A stretch of DNA of 64,000 nt from Octopus bimaculoides (lineage: Eukaryota), in the NCBI RefSeq assembly GCF_001194135.2, contig NC_068991.1:40399423-40463422 (forward strand), in the 5' to 3' direction. The notes beneath the pieces are model-generated. The model was not told the DNA's origin. It saw only the letters and a program-made list of their open reading frames with translations, and ran no database searches. Shown here piece by piece: positions 50,286 to 62,758 of this stretch. The translations under genes were made by a program, and so were the position numbers. Numbering within the stretch: the first letter of the stretch is position 1; each line of letters opens with the position of its first letter.

Positions 50286-50407
50286 AATAGCATCAGTCTC
50301 ACTGGTTTCAAACCACCTACAAGGGTCATAGTTGCTTCCCCTTCCTCCAGACCCAGCTAGTAAAAGATACACTTTCACACGCACACACATGCATAGTAAA
50401 TGTGTAC

Positions 50408-50457
<50 letters not shown>

Positions 50458-50589
50458 CTTCAAGCATTTTGGTCATCAGTGACATTGGTTCGAAAGTAGC
50501 ATCAACATATTTAAATATGTGTATACACACATACTGCATTCATTAGTGGGTCTTAAAATAACTCACATGGAAACAAACTACATACTGTT

Positions 50590-51190
50590 GGAACGCTTAG
50601 GAATAGACCAAATAGTGATGGAGAATGATGAAATTCAGGATGTGAAGTGGTACATTTTCTCAGAACAAACAGTTATATGCTGAGACATAAACACTGAAAT
50701 TTTATGCAGGGTAAGGGCAGGCTAGTAAACATTTGCCCCAGGTAAAGCTATGCTCAGAATACAGCTGAACAAGACCTTGCATGCCAGTCTCTTCAATAGC
50801 ACCATCCTACTTGTACGCTTATCCACAAGTGGAACAAGATATTGCAAAGAAGGAAGAACAATGACTGGGTGCAACACTCAGGATAATGGAAAGATCCATG
50901 CTAGAAATAGCATATCTGAAAGAAAGTTATTCAAAAATTTCAGTAGAGTGAACAATGTGATTGTGGAATGCTAAAAGTGCAAATTATGTTGGACTGTATA
51001 TGTCACAAAGCTCACAGACAACAGGTGAAGAACCTGTACAGTTATCAAATATCATCCGAGACTTCAGAGAAAACCACTCAGAAGCTCTCCAAGATGAAGG
51101 GAAGATGACATGGTGTAACAATTCAGGCCCCAAAGGAAGAGTAAACTGGAAGCTCATTGTGACCAGTTATGTATAAGGACATCTGATAAT
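50590..51190 (+). mobile_element. Decayed RTE LINE 3' ORF fragment (different subfamily)
   Basis: Reads DINTEI..RVRAG...LHASLFNSTILLV...MERSML..S and KLTDNR, which are RTE C-terminal motifs (RI..GW..F; LFN..ILP..LY.SETW; TQR.MERSML). Confidence 0.65.
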
Positions 51191-51214
51191 CCAGTCAATA
51201 GAGCCACATATATC

Positions 51215-51570
51215 TCTTATCTTTTACTTGTTTCAATTATTGGACTGCAGCCATGCTGGGGCAATACCTTGAAGGGTTTCTAGTCAAATAGATCATTCTC
51301 AGTACTTCTGTTTTTAAGTTTGGTACTTATTTTATTAAACTCTTTTGTTGAACTGCTAAGTTAGAGACATAAACAAACCAACACCAATTGTCAGGCAGTG
51401 AGGGAGTAACACAGACACACACAACAGGTTTCTACACAGTTTCCATCTACTGAATTCATTCACAAGGTTTTGGTTGGCCTTTGGCTGTAGAAGACACTAG
51501 CCCTAGATACTACATAGTGAACTGAACCTGAAATTAAGTTGTTGCATAGTGACCTTAACCTGAGAGCCAT
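51215..51570 (-). mobile_element. SINE family 1, near full length
   Basis: tatctcttatcttttacttgtttcaattattggactgcagccatgctggggc...tggtacttattttatt...gaactgctaagtt...aaaccaacacc...tttccatctactgaattcattcacaagg. Confidence 0.8.
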
Positions 51571-51622
51571 GTCTGCACCTATATGTATCTAGCTAGCTTA
51601 TATATATATGTATATATATATA

Positions 51623-51916
51623 TATTTACTTGGAGAATGGAGTAACAAATACAAGAAAAAGCATTTTCGTTGGACTAGATAGCCGTTGTTTTATTATGTG
51701 GAGCTTGTGAAATGAGTCAGTGTGGAGGTTTAAGTTATGTAATGAGTCATTTTGTATATTATTGAGTGACTATGACATAATATACAAAATGACTCATTAC
51801 ATAACCTAAACCTCCACACTGACTCATTTCACAAGCTCCACATAATAAAACAACGGCTATCTAGTCCAACGGAAATGCTTTTTCTTGTATTTGTTGCTCC
51901 ATTCTCCAAGTAAATA
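51623..51916. repeat. Long foldback inverted repeat: 140-bp arms, 14-nt loop, 3 mismatches
   Basis: 51623-51762 is the reverse complement of 51777-51916, except for two T.G pairs and one A/C mismatch. The loop is tgagtgactatgac. Confidence 0.95.
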
Positions 51917-52149
51917 CATAAACTACGGTTTAAGCAACATATTACCTGCTTCTGGACGCCCTCTTCCCAAGACGGTACCCATACAGGTGATCCCCAGGAG
52001 TGCCTCCGGATTTAAACATCCCCTGGTTGCTTGGATGCTTCAGACTACCCTTGAAGGATCGAGGNNNNNNNNNNNNNNNNNNNNNNNNNNNNNNNNNNNN
52101 NNNNNNNNNNNNNNNNNNNNNNNNNNNNNNNNNNNNNNNNNNNNNATGG

Positions 52150-52515
52150 AATTCATGGGATTCTTTATTAATCGCTATGGTCGTTTCAACCTATCGTGTA
52201 TCACTCCCTTGCAGGTGAGATTCTATACAACTGATTGTGGTAAATCATTCAGTGCAGATGTACCTCGTTAGTTAACTTGTCAAACTTAATCTCTCTTGTA
52301 TGCCACCAGCTACAGGCAAATAACAAAATGTATTTTAATCAAAATAAGCGAAGCAAAGATCAAAGAGCAAGGTACCTTTTGACAAATTACTTGATGAGGC
52401 ACATCTGCACCAGATGAAACACCACATCCAGTTGTACAGAATCTCACTTGTGAGGGACTGCTGCAAGATGGGGTCATAACAATCATAGTGATTAATAAAG
52501 AATCTCATGAAGGAA
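52150..52515. repeat. Diverged inverted repeat (~135-bp arms, ~90-bp spacer), probable long-TIR element relic
   Basis: ttcatgggattctttattaatcgctatg...gtgagattctatacaactg...gtgcagatgtacctcg...ttgtcaaa (52152-52285) matches the reverse complement of 52378-52513 (ttcatgagattctttattaatcactatg...gtgagattctgtacaactg...gtgcagatgtgcctca...ttgtcaaa). Confidence 0.8.
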
Positions 52516-52939
52516 CTCTTGAAGTATATCCAGTTACACTTATATCACTACTCTCGATAACATCAGGTAGCCAAAGACGGTGAATGTGCTTTAAACGGCA
52601 TACTACCAGGTGTATACCCAAATTTAAAATTCTATATATCTATATATATATATGTCCTATAGCTTATAAAATTGAAATATGTTGCGATATATTTCAGGAG
52701 TAGGAGGAATGCTGTGAGGGTTAGTGTGAGTTAGTCAGGAGAGAAACATTGAAATTGACAAGCAGTAGTAGGAGGATGGTAAAAATACTAAAAGTTATGT
52801 AATTGAATCACTGATGGATGCCAAAAAATGTGACTCACACTTACACATATACATGCAATCCTCTGTACATACAACTATCAAAACTACAATATAAGTAGAA
52901 GGATTAACTTGACAAGTTGGTTGGGGAACATAAAGAAGC

Positions 52940-53335
52940 AGTAGGTTTACATAGCCATGTGTGTGTTTTTATATGCTGAAATGGGGTTCCTCTAAATGAT
53001 CTCTAGAATAAAATTCCTCAACAGGGTTCAGACATCAGGGAGCTTCTCCTGGCTGAGCATTGAGAGGTCACTGCTGCTGTACCCTGGAGATTTGATTAGA
53101 ATGTCACAAGAAAGAATTGCAAGACGGATTCTTCAAGCTTAGCCAACTGGCTGGAGACCTAGGGGTAGACCAAGAATGTGGTGATTGGATAATATTCATA
53201 GTTTTGGTTGGTCACGCTTGGCAATCCAGCCAGTGTAATGATGATTCTTCTGATAGGAATTTATAGAGGAGATGCTTGAAGACTCTACCCCAACAACTCT
53301 CCCAGTAATAGTGACCAGAGCTGGATGGATATACA
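52940..53335 (+). mobile_element. RTE (Expander-like) LINE 3' fragment
   Basis: Reads SIERSLL..GDLIRMSQERIARRILQA.PTGWRPRGRPRMW.LDNIHSFGWSRLAIQP, followed by a ggatggat tail. Confidence 0.72.
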
Positions 53336-53377
53336 TGTATATACACACTCACAGACACACATACATATATATATGTA

Positions 53378-53530
53378 TATCATCATCAATTTTCTATGCT
53401 GGCATGGGTTGGAAAGTTTGACCAGACCTGGGAAGCTGCACCAGATTCCATTCTGATTTGGCTTGGTTTCTATGGCTGGATGCCCTTTCTAATTCCAACC
53501 ACTTTACAGTGTGTGCTGGGTGCTTTTAAT
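53378..53530 (-). mobile_element. RTE-tail element
   Basis: catcatcatcaatttt.ctatgctggcatgggttgga...ggctggatgccctttctaattccaaccactttacagtgtg. Confidence 0.75.
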
Positions 53531-55295
53531 GAGCATTTTTATACGCATATACACAACATTTAATATTAATAGTCACCATTTATTTCACCATTAAATCTGA
53601 CTTCAAAAATCATATGCAGTATATTAACTAGAGAAACCTATTAAAATAGTATATGTGTATGGATGGGTAGATAAATAGATAGATGTATGTAGGTAGGACC
53701 TCCAGGTGAAGATTTACAAGGTAGAACATGACTGGTTTAAGGCCTTTCAGACATTCACAGACATTTTCTTGGCTAACAAGTCCCCAGACCAATATACTAA
53801 CAATCACCACCTCTTATAGCCCCTGGGTTTAAACAAAACTCACTAGCCCAAGTGTAAAGCCTGTAAGTTTCTCATTCGTTCTCTATAGATGTTCATCTTT
53901 TCCCTAATTTAGATGAGACATTCACTACCACTGGGTATCTGACCTCAACAGTAGTGCATGATTTTTTTCCTGACCAACAATAACAGACTTGTTGTGTTTG
54001 CAGTAGGTTGCTGCTTTTATTGGAATGTTCCAACAGCACTCTTTCGTTTTAAATGTGTGGATATATTTTGGTATGGTGTTCCTTTGCTCTGGCCATTAGA
54101 ATAAACCTTCTTGTGGACAGCTTTGTTTTAGCAACAATGTTAAATCTCATGAGGATGTAGTACTTTGCTAGCATTTTTGGACAACTGCTGCTGATGTGCA
54201 TGATATCTACCATTCTGTCACAATCAACATTCATTCTGTATCACAAGGCGGATGCTTAAAAACATCTTTGTTTCCTATTGATGAAATGTTTAGCAGCTAT
54301 CATTTGTTCATAAACAGCTGTGGTATAGCCATCTAGGCAAGATATGATGCATCTACATGACTAGATGACACTACTCTTCATGTCAATACTTTTGGTATGT
54401 ATGTATCAGTGTTTGTACATAATACATGTGTATTTTGGAACACTTAGAAAATTAAGTTAGACTTATATATCATCAGTGTTGCAGGAAAACTGCAAGTGTA
54501 TTTGCTTGAGAGTGCAGAATGATAGAGAAACACTGAAATTTGACAAGTAGTAGAGGGTGGTGCAAAGACAGAAACTCAAGGCAGTCATTCAATCAACCAG
54601 TCTTTTACAAGTGTATATGAACAAAGATATACATATGCATACATATATGTAATTATACATGGGATACTTGTATATATAGACATGCTTATGAATTAATACT
54701 TATGCACACTTGCTCATAGACACTCTTCCTCTCACACAAATGCACATGCACACACACACAATGGACCTCTCTCAGTTTCTGTCTACCAAATCCACTCACA
54801 AGGTTAGTACTGGTATTCTACTTATGGTTTATCTAAGTAAATTGCATTGAGACATTAACAACTCCCTGTGTCCTCAGCCCAGGCAATGCCAGGTATTCTG
54901 CTAGTATACATTATATATATGTTAGGTATAATAAATATGTTATATATTTTATGCACATATACATTATACATGTGTATATTATTATTATATAATTTTCTGT
55001 GTGTATAAATATATATATACAGGAAAATGAAGAATAAGGCAGAATGCTAAACTGGAAGCATATTTTAATAAAGATTTCTAACCGGCTTTCATTGCGAAGC
55101 AAATTTTCAAGAAGAGGGAGAATGAAAATGTTTTTTACAAAGAAATACAAAATGAAGAAAATAATATATAAAAAAAATATAATATATAAAAAAATAAATA
55201 TACCCATACATTATATTGTCTTTGAGCTTTTGAAGTTCAATGGTAATTCATGTATATAATGGTTGGAAAAATAAGGACGCATGAGAATTGAGAGT

Positions 55296-55531
55296 TGTGT
55301 TAGTTTTAAAAAAGGGTTAAAAGTTTGTGTTAAGCAGGAAGTGTGTTTAAGGGGAGACAAATGTTTTTAGTTGGAGTTATGAACTCTTTTTCAACAGGAA
55401 GTTTATGTCTGTTGAAAAAGAGTTCATAACTCCAACTAAAAACATTTGTCTCCCCTTACACACACTTCCTGTTTTGACACCACACTTCCTGCTTAACACA
55501 AACTTTTAACCCTTTTTTTAAACCTAACACA
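55296..55531. repeat. Foldback inverted repeat (~100-bp arms, 11-nt loop) abutting an N-gap
   Basis: 55296-55397 pairs with 55409-55531. The right arm has an extra 20-nt unit (ttttgacaccacacttcctg) and a few mismatches. Confidence 0.9.
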
Positions 55532-55971
55532 NNNNNNNNNNNNNNNNNNNNNNNNNNNNNNNNNNNNNNNNNNNNNNNNNNNNNNNNNNNNNNNNNNNNN
55601 NNNNNNNNNNNNNNNNNNNNNNNNNNNNNNNNNNNNNNNNNNNNNNNNNNNNNNNNNNNNNNNNNNNNNNNNNNNNNNNNNNNNNNNNNNNNNNNNNNNN
55701 NNNNNNNNNNNNNNNNNNNNNNNNNNNNNNNNNNNNNNNNNNNNNNNNNNNNNNNNNNNNNNNNNNNNNNNNNNNNNNNNNNNNNNNNNNNNNNNNNNNN
55801 NNNNNNNNNNNNNNNNNNNNNNNNNNNNNNNNNNNNNNNNNNNNNNNNNNNNNNNNNNNNNNNNNNNNNNNNNNNNNNNNNNNNNNNNNNNNNNNNNNNN
55901 NNNNNNNNNNNNNNNNNNNNNNNNNNNNNNNNNNNNNNNNNNNNNNNNNNNNNNNNNNNNNNNNNNNNNNN

Positions 55972-57078
55972 CAGCTAAAACAGTCTCCAGTTCTTGTAGT
56001 GATGATGGTGGAAGATAGCGACTCCTTACTTGTTTTTCTAAAATGCACTATAAATGTTCGATAATATTGAGATCTGGGAATTGTAGTGACCAGATAAGAT
56101 GTTCAACTTCACTAGAATGTTCCTTGTGTCATTCAGTAACAACTTTAGCTGTGTGAATTGGTGCATTATCATCCTGAAAGATTGCATTTTCCTCCGGAAA
56201 CAGTTCTGCAACCATAGGATGAATTTGATCAGATAAAATGCTTAAATAGTCTTGACTATTAATTCTGCCATGAAGGGAAACCATTGGGCTGGCAGATTTC
56301 CAAGATATGTAGCCCCCAGATCATCACAAATTCTCCTCTATGTTTAACAGTTGGAAGAAGGCAGTCTAGGTCAAATGCTTCTTCTGGCTGTCTCCACACG
56401 TATACTCAGCCGGAGGTCGGAAATAAGGTAAAGGATGACTCATTCGAGAAAATAACTTTCTTCCACTGCTCTAGGGACGAATTCTGTAGGTTTTTACTCC
56501 ACTCTAAATGCTTTGCAAAGTTTGTTTTTCAAAGTAGTGGTTTTCTGATTGCAGCCCTCCCGTGAAATCTGGCTTTGTGCAGCTCCCGGCGAACAGTTTT
56601 TGTGGAAACTGGGTTCTCAAGGTGGTCATGAAGCTCTGCAGTAATTTTGGGAGTTGTACTTTTGTGATTCTTTCTAACAATTCGCATAAGAGTCTGACAG
56701 TCCCCATCTGAAATTTTTGGTTTTCTTCCGGAGTTTTGTTTTGACGAGGAGGTTTTCCCCTATTTCTCAAAGGCTGTCATTACTTTCGAGACAGTACTTC
56801 TTAATACACCAAACATTTTGGCTGTTTTCTTTACACTAGCACCTGCCATAGGAGCACCAACAATTTGACCTCTTTCAAAGTCTGATAGATCCGTCATTTT
56901 AATGAATTTTAATTACCTTTTTTGATAATATCTGCAAAGAAACAACAATTTTAGCAAAACATATTAAGCAACACTAATAATAAATCAAACAACATAAAAA
57001 ATAAACAAGCTTTTGACGGTTTTATAGATATTTCAAAATCATGATGCTAGGTGTTTCCATTATTTTGTCCAACCCCTG
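55972..57078 (-). mobile_element. Tc1-family transposon (pseudogenised transposase; one TIR visible, the other end lost in the gap)
   Basis: The TIR is TA|CAGGGGTTGGACAAAATAATGGAAACACC (57078-57050). From the ATG at 56897 it reads MTDLSDFERGQIVGAPMAGASV...SGRKPK...NPVSTKTVRRELHKARFHGRAAIRKPLL*...WKKVIFSNESSF...LPTVKH...IWG, with in-frame stops and a frameshift. Confidence 0.9.
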
Positions 57079-57307
57079 TATATATATATATATATATATA
57101 TATACATACACGCACACACACATTATTGACCACACATACTTAGTGTATGGCAGTTTAGCACTATGGGAACAACTCCCTCATAGCATTGGGTATTGAAACA
57201 CCTGAAAGTCATTGACTGGCAAGACAGTTTGCCCCCAATCCCATATATATGTGTGTGTGCGTATATGTATGAAACTTCAAGTTGCTTGTAGCTGAATCAA
57301 ATTGTTA

Positions 57308-57686
57308 GGTACAGGAGTGGCTGTGTAGTAAGTAGCTTGCTTACCAACCACATAGTTCCAGGTTCAGTCCCACTGCATGGCACTTTGGGCAAGTGTCTTC
57401 TTCTACAGCCTCAGGCCAACCAAAGCCATGTGAGTGGATTTGGTAGACAGAAACTGAAAGAAGCCTGTCGTGTATATATATGTATGTATGTTTGTGTGTC
57501 TGTGTTTGCCCCTGCATCGCTTGACAACCGATGTTGGTATGTTTACATTAATGTAACTTAGCAGTTCAGCAAAAGAGACTGATAGAATAAGTACTATTCT
57601 TACAAAGAATAAGCCTTGGGCTCGATTTCTTCAACTTAATGGCGGTGCTCCAGCATGGCTGCAGTCAAATGACTGAAATAAATAAA
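57308..57686 (+). mobile_element. SINE family 1, full length (tRNA head, CORE-like segment, microsatellite, non-RTE tail)
   Basis: A box ggagtggctgtgtagtaag, B box ggttcagtccc, ggcactttgggcaagtgtcttc (CORE-like), and the tail gcggtgctccagcatggctgcagtcaaatgactgaaataaataaaa. Confidence 0.88.
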
Positions 57687-58113
57687 AATAATATATATAC
57701 ATATATGAATACAAATACATTCCATGTGTGCTTTTGTTGGGCAGAAAAAAGAGTGGTCTCATGACAGATCATTTTGCAGTTTCTTGACCCTCCTCAAAAA
57801 AAATATGCCCACTTTCCTTCTTTATCCGAGCAGTATAGTACATTCAGTGGCTATCTGAAATAGACATAAATTATACTCCTACTGAAGTGGATAGCTTTAT
57901 TTGTGTTTTTGACATCTATGTGGTGGACGTGTGTCTATACATACATGCCTACCTATATATATATATTTATGTATCATCATTATTTTAATGTCCACTCTTC
58001 CAAACTTGCATGATTGTAACATTTGTTTACAACAACTATCATGTGATCTCAAGGCTAGGAGACAGTAACACATGCACTCACACATATACCAATAGATCTA
58101 TATAGATAGATAG

Positions 58114-58242
58114 ATACAAAAATAAGAGGAATGACCAGCAAAAGTGGACTCCTATATGCTAGAAATAGATGCCAGATGATTCGGCATCTATTTCTAGCAT
58201 ATAGGAGTCCACTTTTGCTGGTCATTCCTCTTATTTTTGTAT
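58114..58242. repeat. Perfect foldback: 60-bp arms, 9-nt loop
   Basis: 58114-58173 is the exact reverse complement of 58183-58242. The loop is agatgattc, and a (GATA)n run precedes the left arm. Confidence 0.95.
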
Positions 58243-58834
58243 GTAATATAATTTTAATCTTCGGATTTTTTTAATATGCTAGACCACTGGTTTTAATTGA
58301 TTAATATCAATTTCTACCCTCATTAATAAATTTTAGATAGATAGATAGATAGATAGATAGACAGACAGACAATCAGTGTCTCAACATTTAGAGAGAGCAA
58401 CTTGATTTGTTGTTTATAGTTTAGAATTTCTTATTACCACATCAGTCAGTTAATCAGTATTATCCATTCTGATAGCAGGCAATCTTTTTCTAAACGATCT
58501 TTGTAATTGTAACTTTCCTTGATCATTTAAATTTCTAAGTACCTCAGTATTTTCTTATAAATTTATATTTCCATCAATAGTTAGAATTCACATACTTGAC
58601 ATGGTTTCATTCTCTTAATCCTTTAAAATGTTTTTTATTTTTTATTTTGCCATATTACATGTATATTGAAATCAGTTCTGCAGCACAGCTTTCACCTCTT
58701 AGTTTCAATATTGCAGCTAAGTCTAATGCTTCATTGTTGATCTGTTTCTTCATATCTATGAGTCTTTCTTAGTAGATACTATACACTGTGAGTTTTTATT
58801 TCCCCTATTCAGTTTTCATTATATTTTGATTTTG

Positions 58835-59420
58835 TCATCATCATTATGATCATCCTTTAACATCTGTATTCTATACTGGTGTGAGTTGAATGGTTCAACT
58901 GGGTCTGACTGAGAGTTGTGTTGGTCTTTAGTGTCTGCTTTGGAAAAGTTTCTACAGCTGGATGCCCTTTCCAATGCCAACCACTTTACAGATTGTACCA
59001 TGTGCTTTTTACATAGTACCAGCACTAATTGGAGTACCAAGTAATTCACAAGACTAGACTCACTGAGTAGGGTGCAAAACTGAGGGAGGTGGCTTTGTTC
59101 CAGGTGTAGAGAGGCTAAAATAGAAAAGGGTGTCCCAACAGAAAAGGGAGAAAGGATAGTGGAGATGAGATACGAGGGTGTGTCTTCAAAGTACAAGAAG
59201 TTGAATAGAGAATCAAGGGCAGCTGAGTGGGTTGGTAAGAGATATGAAGTGAGAGGGAGACAGAAGATACACAGTGTCAGTGACAGAGGCTATGCATACA
59301 TAGGAGAGGATATAGTGAGTTACAAAAAGGGGAATTGATAGCACAGGTGAAAGGGTGTTCAGGAGAAATGGACATTCAGTGGACACGTGGTGGTAAGGGA
59401 TGATGTTGGGAGTGCACATC
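58835..59420 (-). mobile_element. RTE LINE 3' UTR fragment (same family as 348-2170)
   Basis: catcattatgatcatcctttaacatc...tttctacagctggatgccctttccaatgccaaccactttac, followed by the same purine-rich UTR seen at 550-1190. Confidence 0.7.
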
Positions 59421-62400
59421 CCTTATTCCTGTTAATTTCCTTGTGTGCTGTTGTCATGCCTGTTCCTATGTTGAGTTGGAATTTCATTGTGTTTAGTTTT
59501 GAAAGCATTTTTGTTATTATTTAAGTAAGTTTGTTCTGTAAGTGTAAGCTTATAGAAGAATTCACTAAGTTGGTTTACTATAAGGAGTGAAATGATGTAG
59601 CATTTCAGACACTTTCTTTCAACAGAAAGAATGAGAAAAGGAACTGGTGAAGATGAGAGTGTAAAAATGTAGAACTGTGTAGCAGCAAACTGGAAAACAG
59701 AGAGTAAATGTTTTTAATAGAAGTTGCAATGTAGATCTTGTGCAAATAGTTTTAAATTAAGAGTGACTAATTTAAAGCTGGCTTTTATTTTCATTAAAAA
59801 TAACCCACTGTTTCTATTTATAACCAGTGAGCATCAGTCTTTGAGTTGTTTGCTCTGTAAGCTATGAGCAGCCTTTTTGTTTTTAGTCATTATTCTTACA
59901 TTATATCCTGCCAGATATGGTGCTGTGGTATTGCTTGTAACTCTTCTCAGAGAACCTGATATCTATTCTCCCTCTAGATTAATGGAGATTAAGTGTCTTA
60001 CTCATAAACTGCAAAAGGGAACTCGGGGACAATGTGATCTCATATGATTGTAGTCCTGTACTTCAACTATTGCCAGTTTTGTGTGAACAGAAATATGAAA
60101 TCAGCTTTTGGGATGTTCACAACATACCTAGGTATGTTAACATAATATAAGCAGATGTGTACATACTAATACTGATTTGAGTCAGTTGAGTTACTTTAGA
60201 CTTTGCTGATAAATTAATGTTTAAATCTTCGTAAAAAATGTTCCTGACAATCAGCCAAAATATCAGATTTGCATAGCTAGCATGCAAGTAGGTTACTAAT
60301 GTTGTGAAGAAGTGCTATAATGAATAGTCTTGTCACATTGCATGTTAGAACACACCAGATTATCTTTAAGTTAAAGTCTTTTATTATAAATAAGTACAAC
60401 TGTCACTGAGTCCTGAACCACACATAACCACAATTCAAAGAACTAAGCACTTCTTTGCAAGAAATAAAGTTAAGTCTCTTTTTAGAAAGACTTTCAATTT
60501 ACACCATCTTTTTTTTCTTCAGTTTATCATAGGAATTTCTTTGGATAATTTTCTTATTTCAATTTTCAATCACCATGGCAGAATAAGGAGTTTAGAATTT
60601 GGTGATGTTGTTTATTAAGGATTTATTATTTATCAGTTATTTATGTAGAGAAAGAAAGCTTCAACTTGTAGAAAATAAAGCTATGTTTCAGAGTTATTTG
60701 TACACATCTGCAATCTAAGTGATTCTAACTGGAATTTGTGTTGAGATTTATCAACATTGTATCAATGTTCTTTTGTTGGAGAATGGTAAAGTTTAAAAAA
60801 AAAACATTTATTTACTTATATATTTTAAATGCAGAATCTCTGGGTTTGAGTGGAGAGTAATTATTGTAATAAGATTAAATAACACTAATTTGTTAGTAAT
60901 GGGCCTTACAAAAACCTTTGAAAGAAGATGAAAGTATATCTCAGAATTTTTTTCCAAACGGATGTTGTGATAGAGACTTACTAGAGTACATATTCAGCTC
61001 TGAGTCAGGAAATCAATGAACAGGAATTTATGTCTTGTAGATAAGATGTGAAACACATAACCTACACGGAATAATGTGACATGACAACTGATAAAATTCA
61101 AAGGGCAAAAACCATACTCACAATATACATTAACCATCATTATATCCTTTATTAAGTTTCATCCAAATTCACACAATGGTTATATTTTCATGATTTTTTT
61201 TTTTTTTCTACTAACTGTATTTCATCAAAATCTCTAGTTTCTCAGGATTGAAAGATTTATAGAAAGCACTACAGGAATTTAAAAGTTAAGGCATTGTGTG
61301 TTTGAAAGGTTTTGGGTGCACATTCTTCCATTGTTGATGGAGAAAGAGCACAGAATTGTTACGTGCTATGGAGAGCTTGATTCACTGGTGTGAACAGAAG
61401 GAGCAGCTGTAGAGTTTCATAAAGAAAAAGACAATAAATAAATTATGAACTAAGGAAAGTATCGTTTTTTCAGAAATGATTGCTGAGATATCAAAAGCAA
61501 TATATCAGGCTGGTGTCATATGACATACAAAATGACTGTGCTAGAAAATGTCATTCTTGATGGTTGCCATAATAATGTTCTTGTTAATTGTTGGATCATG
61601 CAATGTAGTTGGTTGAAATAAAACCACTAGGAAACTAGTACAAGATAACTTAAAGAACCATCAATGAATTGTATGATTCCAGAGATAATGCAAAAACAAC
61701 AAAAATCTCTATCTTGCATTTATTTCAATCATTCTTCTGCAATATGTTGATAAAAGCAAGCTTGGTGAAACTAGTTCAGGCTTTGCATGTAGATACTACA
61801 ACAGCTATAATCAAAGTTGGTAGATGATCCAACCATTGATTTAGTGTACTGTTGGGTATACAAATCCTCTTATTTTCATTAAAATACTAGAAGCAATCAT
61901 AAGTTCAGGTCTGTATACTCATGAAGACATGTATTCTAATGATTTGATTTTAATTCCAGATTCTATTGAAGGATTGCACAACAAATTTACAAGATAAAAC
62001 TTGAAAGAAAACACAACCAAATTTTGCTTCCTGCTTAAGTAAGAAAACTTTCATCAGCCACAGGGAAGTAGCTGATGAAAGCTTTTAGCCATATGTGGAA
62101 TACCAAAAATCAGATGGAAATTACTACTGTATTTTGTATGTATTGGTTGTTTTAAATGTGTAATGGCTTCTCAAGTGGTCTAACAGAGAATCCAAGCCTT
62201 AGAGGCACCAGAAGCTATTTGAGCAACCATCAGCTGGAGGCTATGTAGACTCTTCCAAATGTGTTCACTGAAAGTTTATACGTTATGCTATCTGAAGGGT
62301 ATAATTTATGCCAGAAGAAGGAGAAAGTGGTAGCAGGGTGGTTAAAGGGTGAAAGAGTGAATCTAGAGAACTACTGACTTTGATAGAACCTAGGGATTAC

Positions 62401-62758
62401 TTTCACTATGGAAATAGCAAACTCAATGAGTTTTGTATAGTTCTACTTCCACTAGATCTGAATCTATATTGAAACTCTGGGACAGTAGGGTAGTTTACGT
62501 ATGACTGCAGCCAATTTAATAAAAGTTTGACAAATGTCTTACCAACACTTTACAAGTACAGACACATTATGAAACTTACAGTTAAACTTGGTACCTATTC
62601 CTTATAGTGAAATTACTATTGCAATCCCATGGAACTGTTGAGCTATTCCATTCATTAACAACTGATATAGTTACAATATCAATCACTGCAACCCTTCCAT
62701 GCTTAATGACTTGTGCTGTTACACCATCAGCTCCTAGTGGGGTTTCTTGTTAATTTGT

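Noticed and set aside
51885-52271. 128-aa ORF across a gap, with an internal CAG|gtgaga donor-like site near its 3' end
   Set aside because: Part of the ORF is Ns, it has no recognisable homology, and the sequence is explained as an arm of the diverged inverted repeat.
55524-56048. 174-aa ORF
   Set aside because: An artefact of the N-gap.
57308-57385. tRNA-like A/B boxes here and in other SINE heads
   Set aside because: There is no complete cloverleaf, and each continues into a SINE body.
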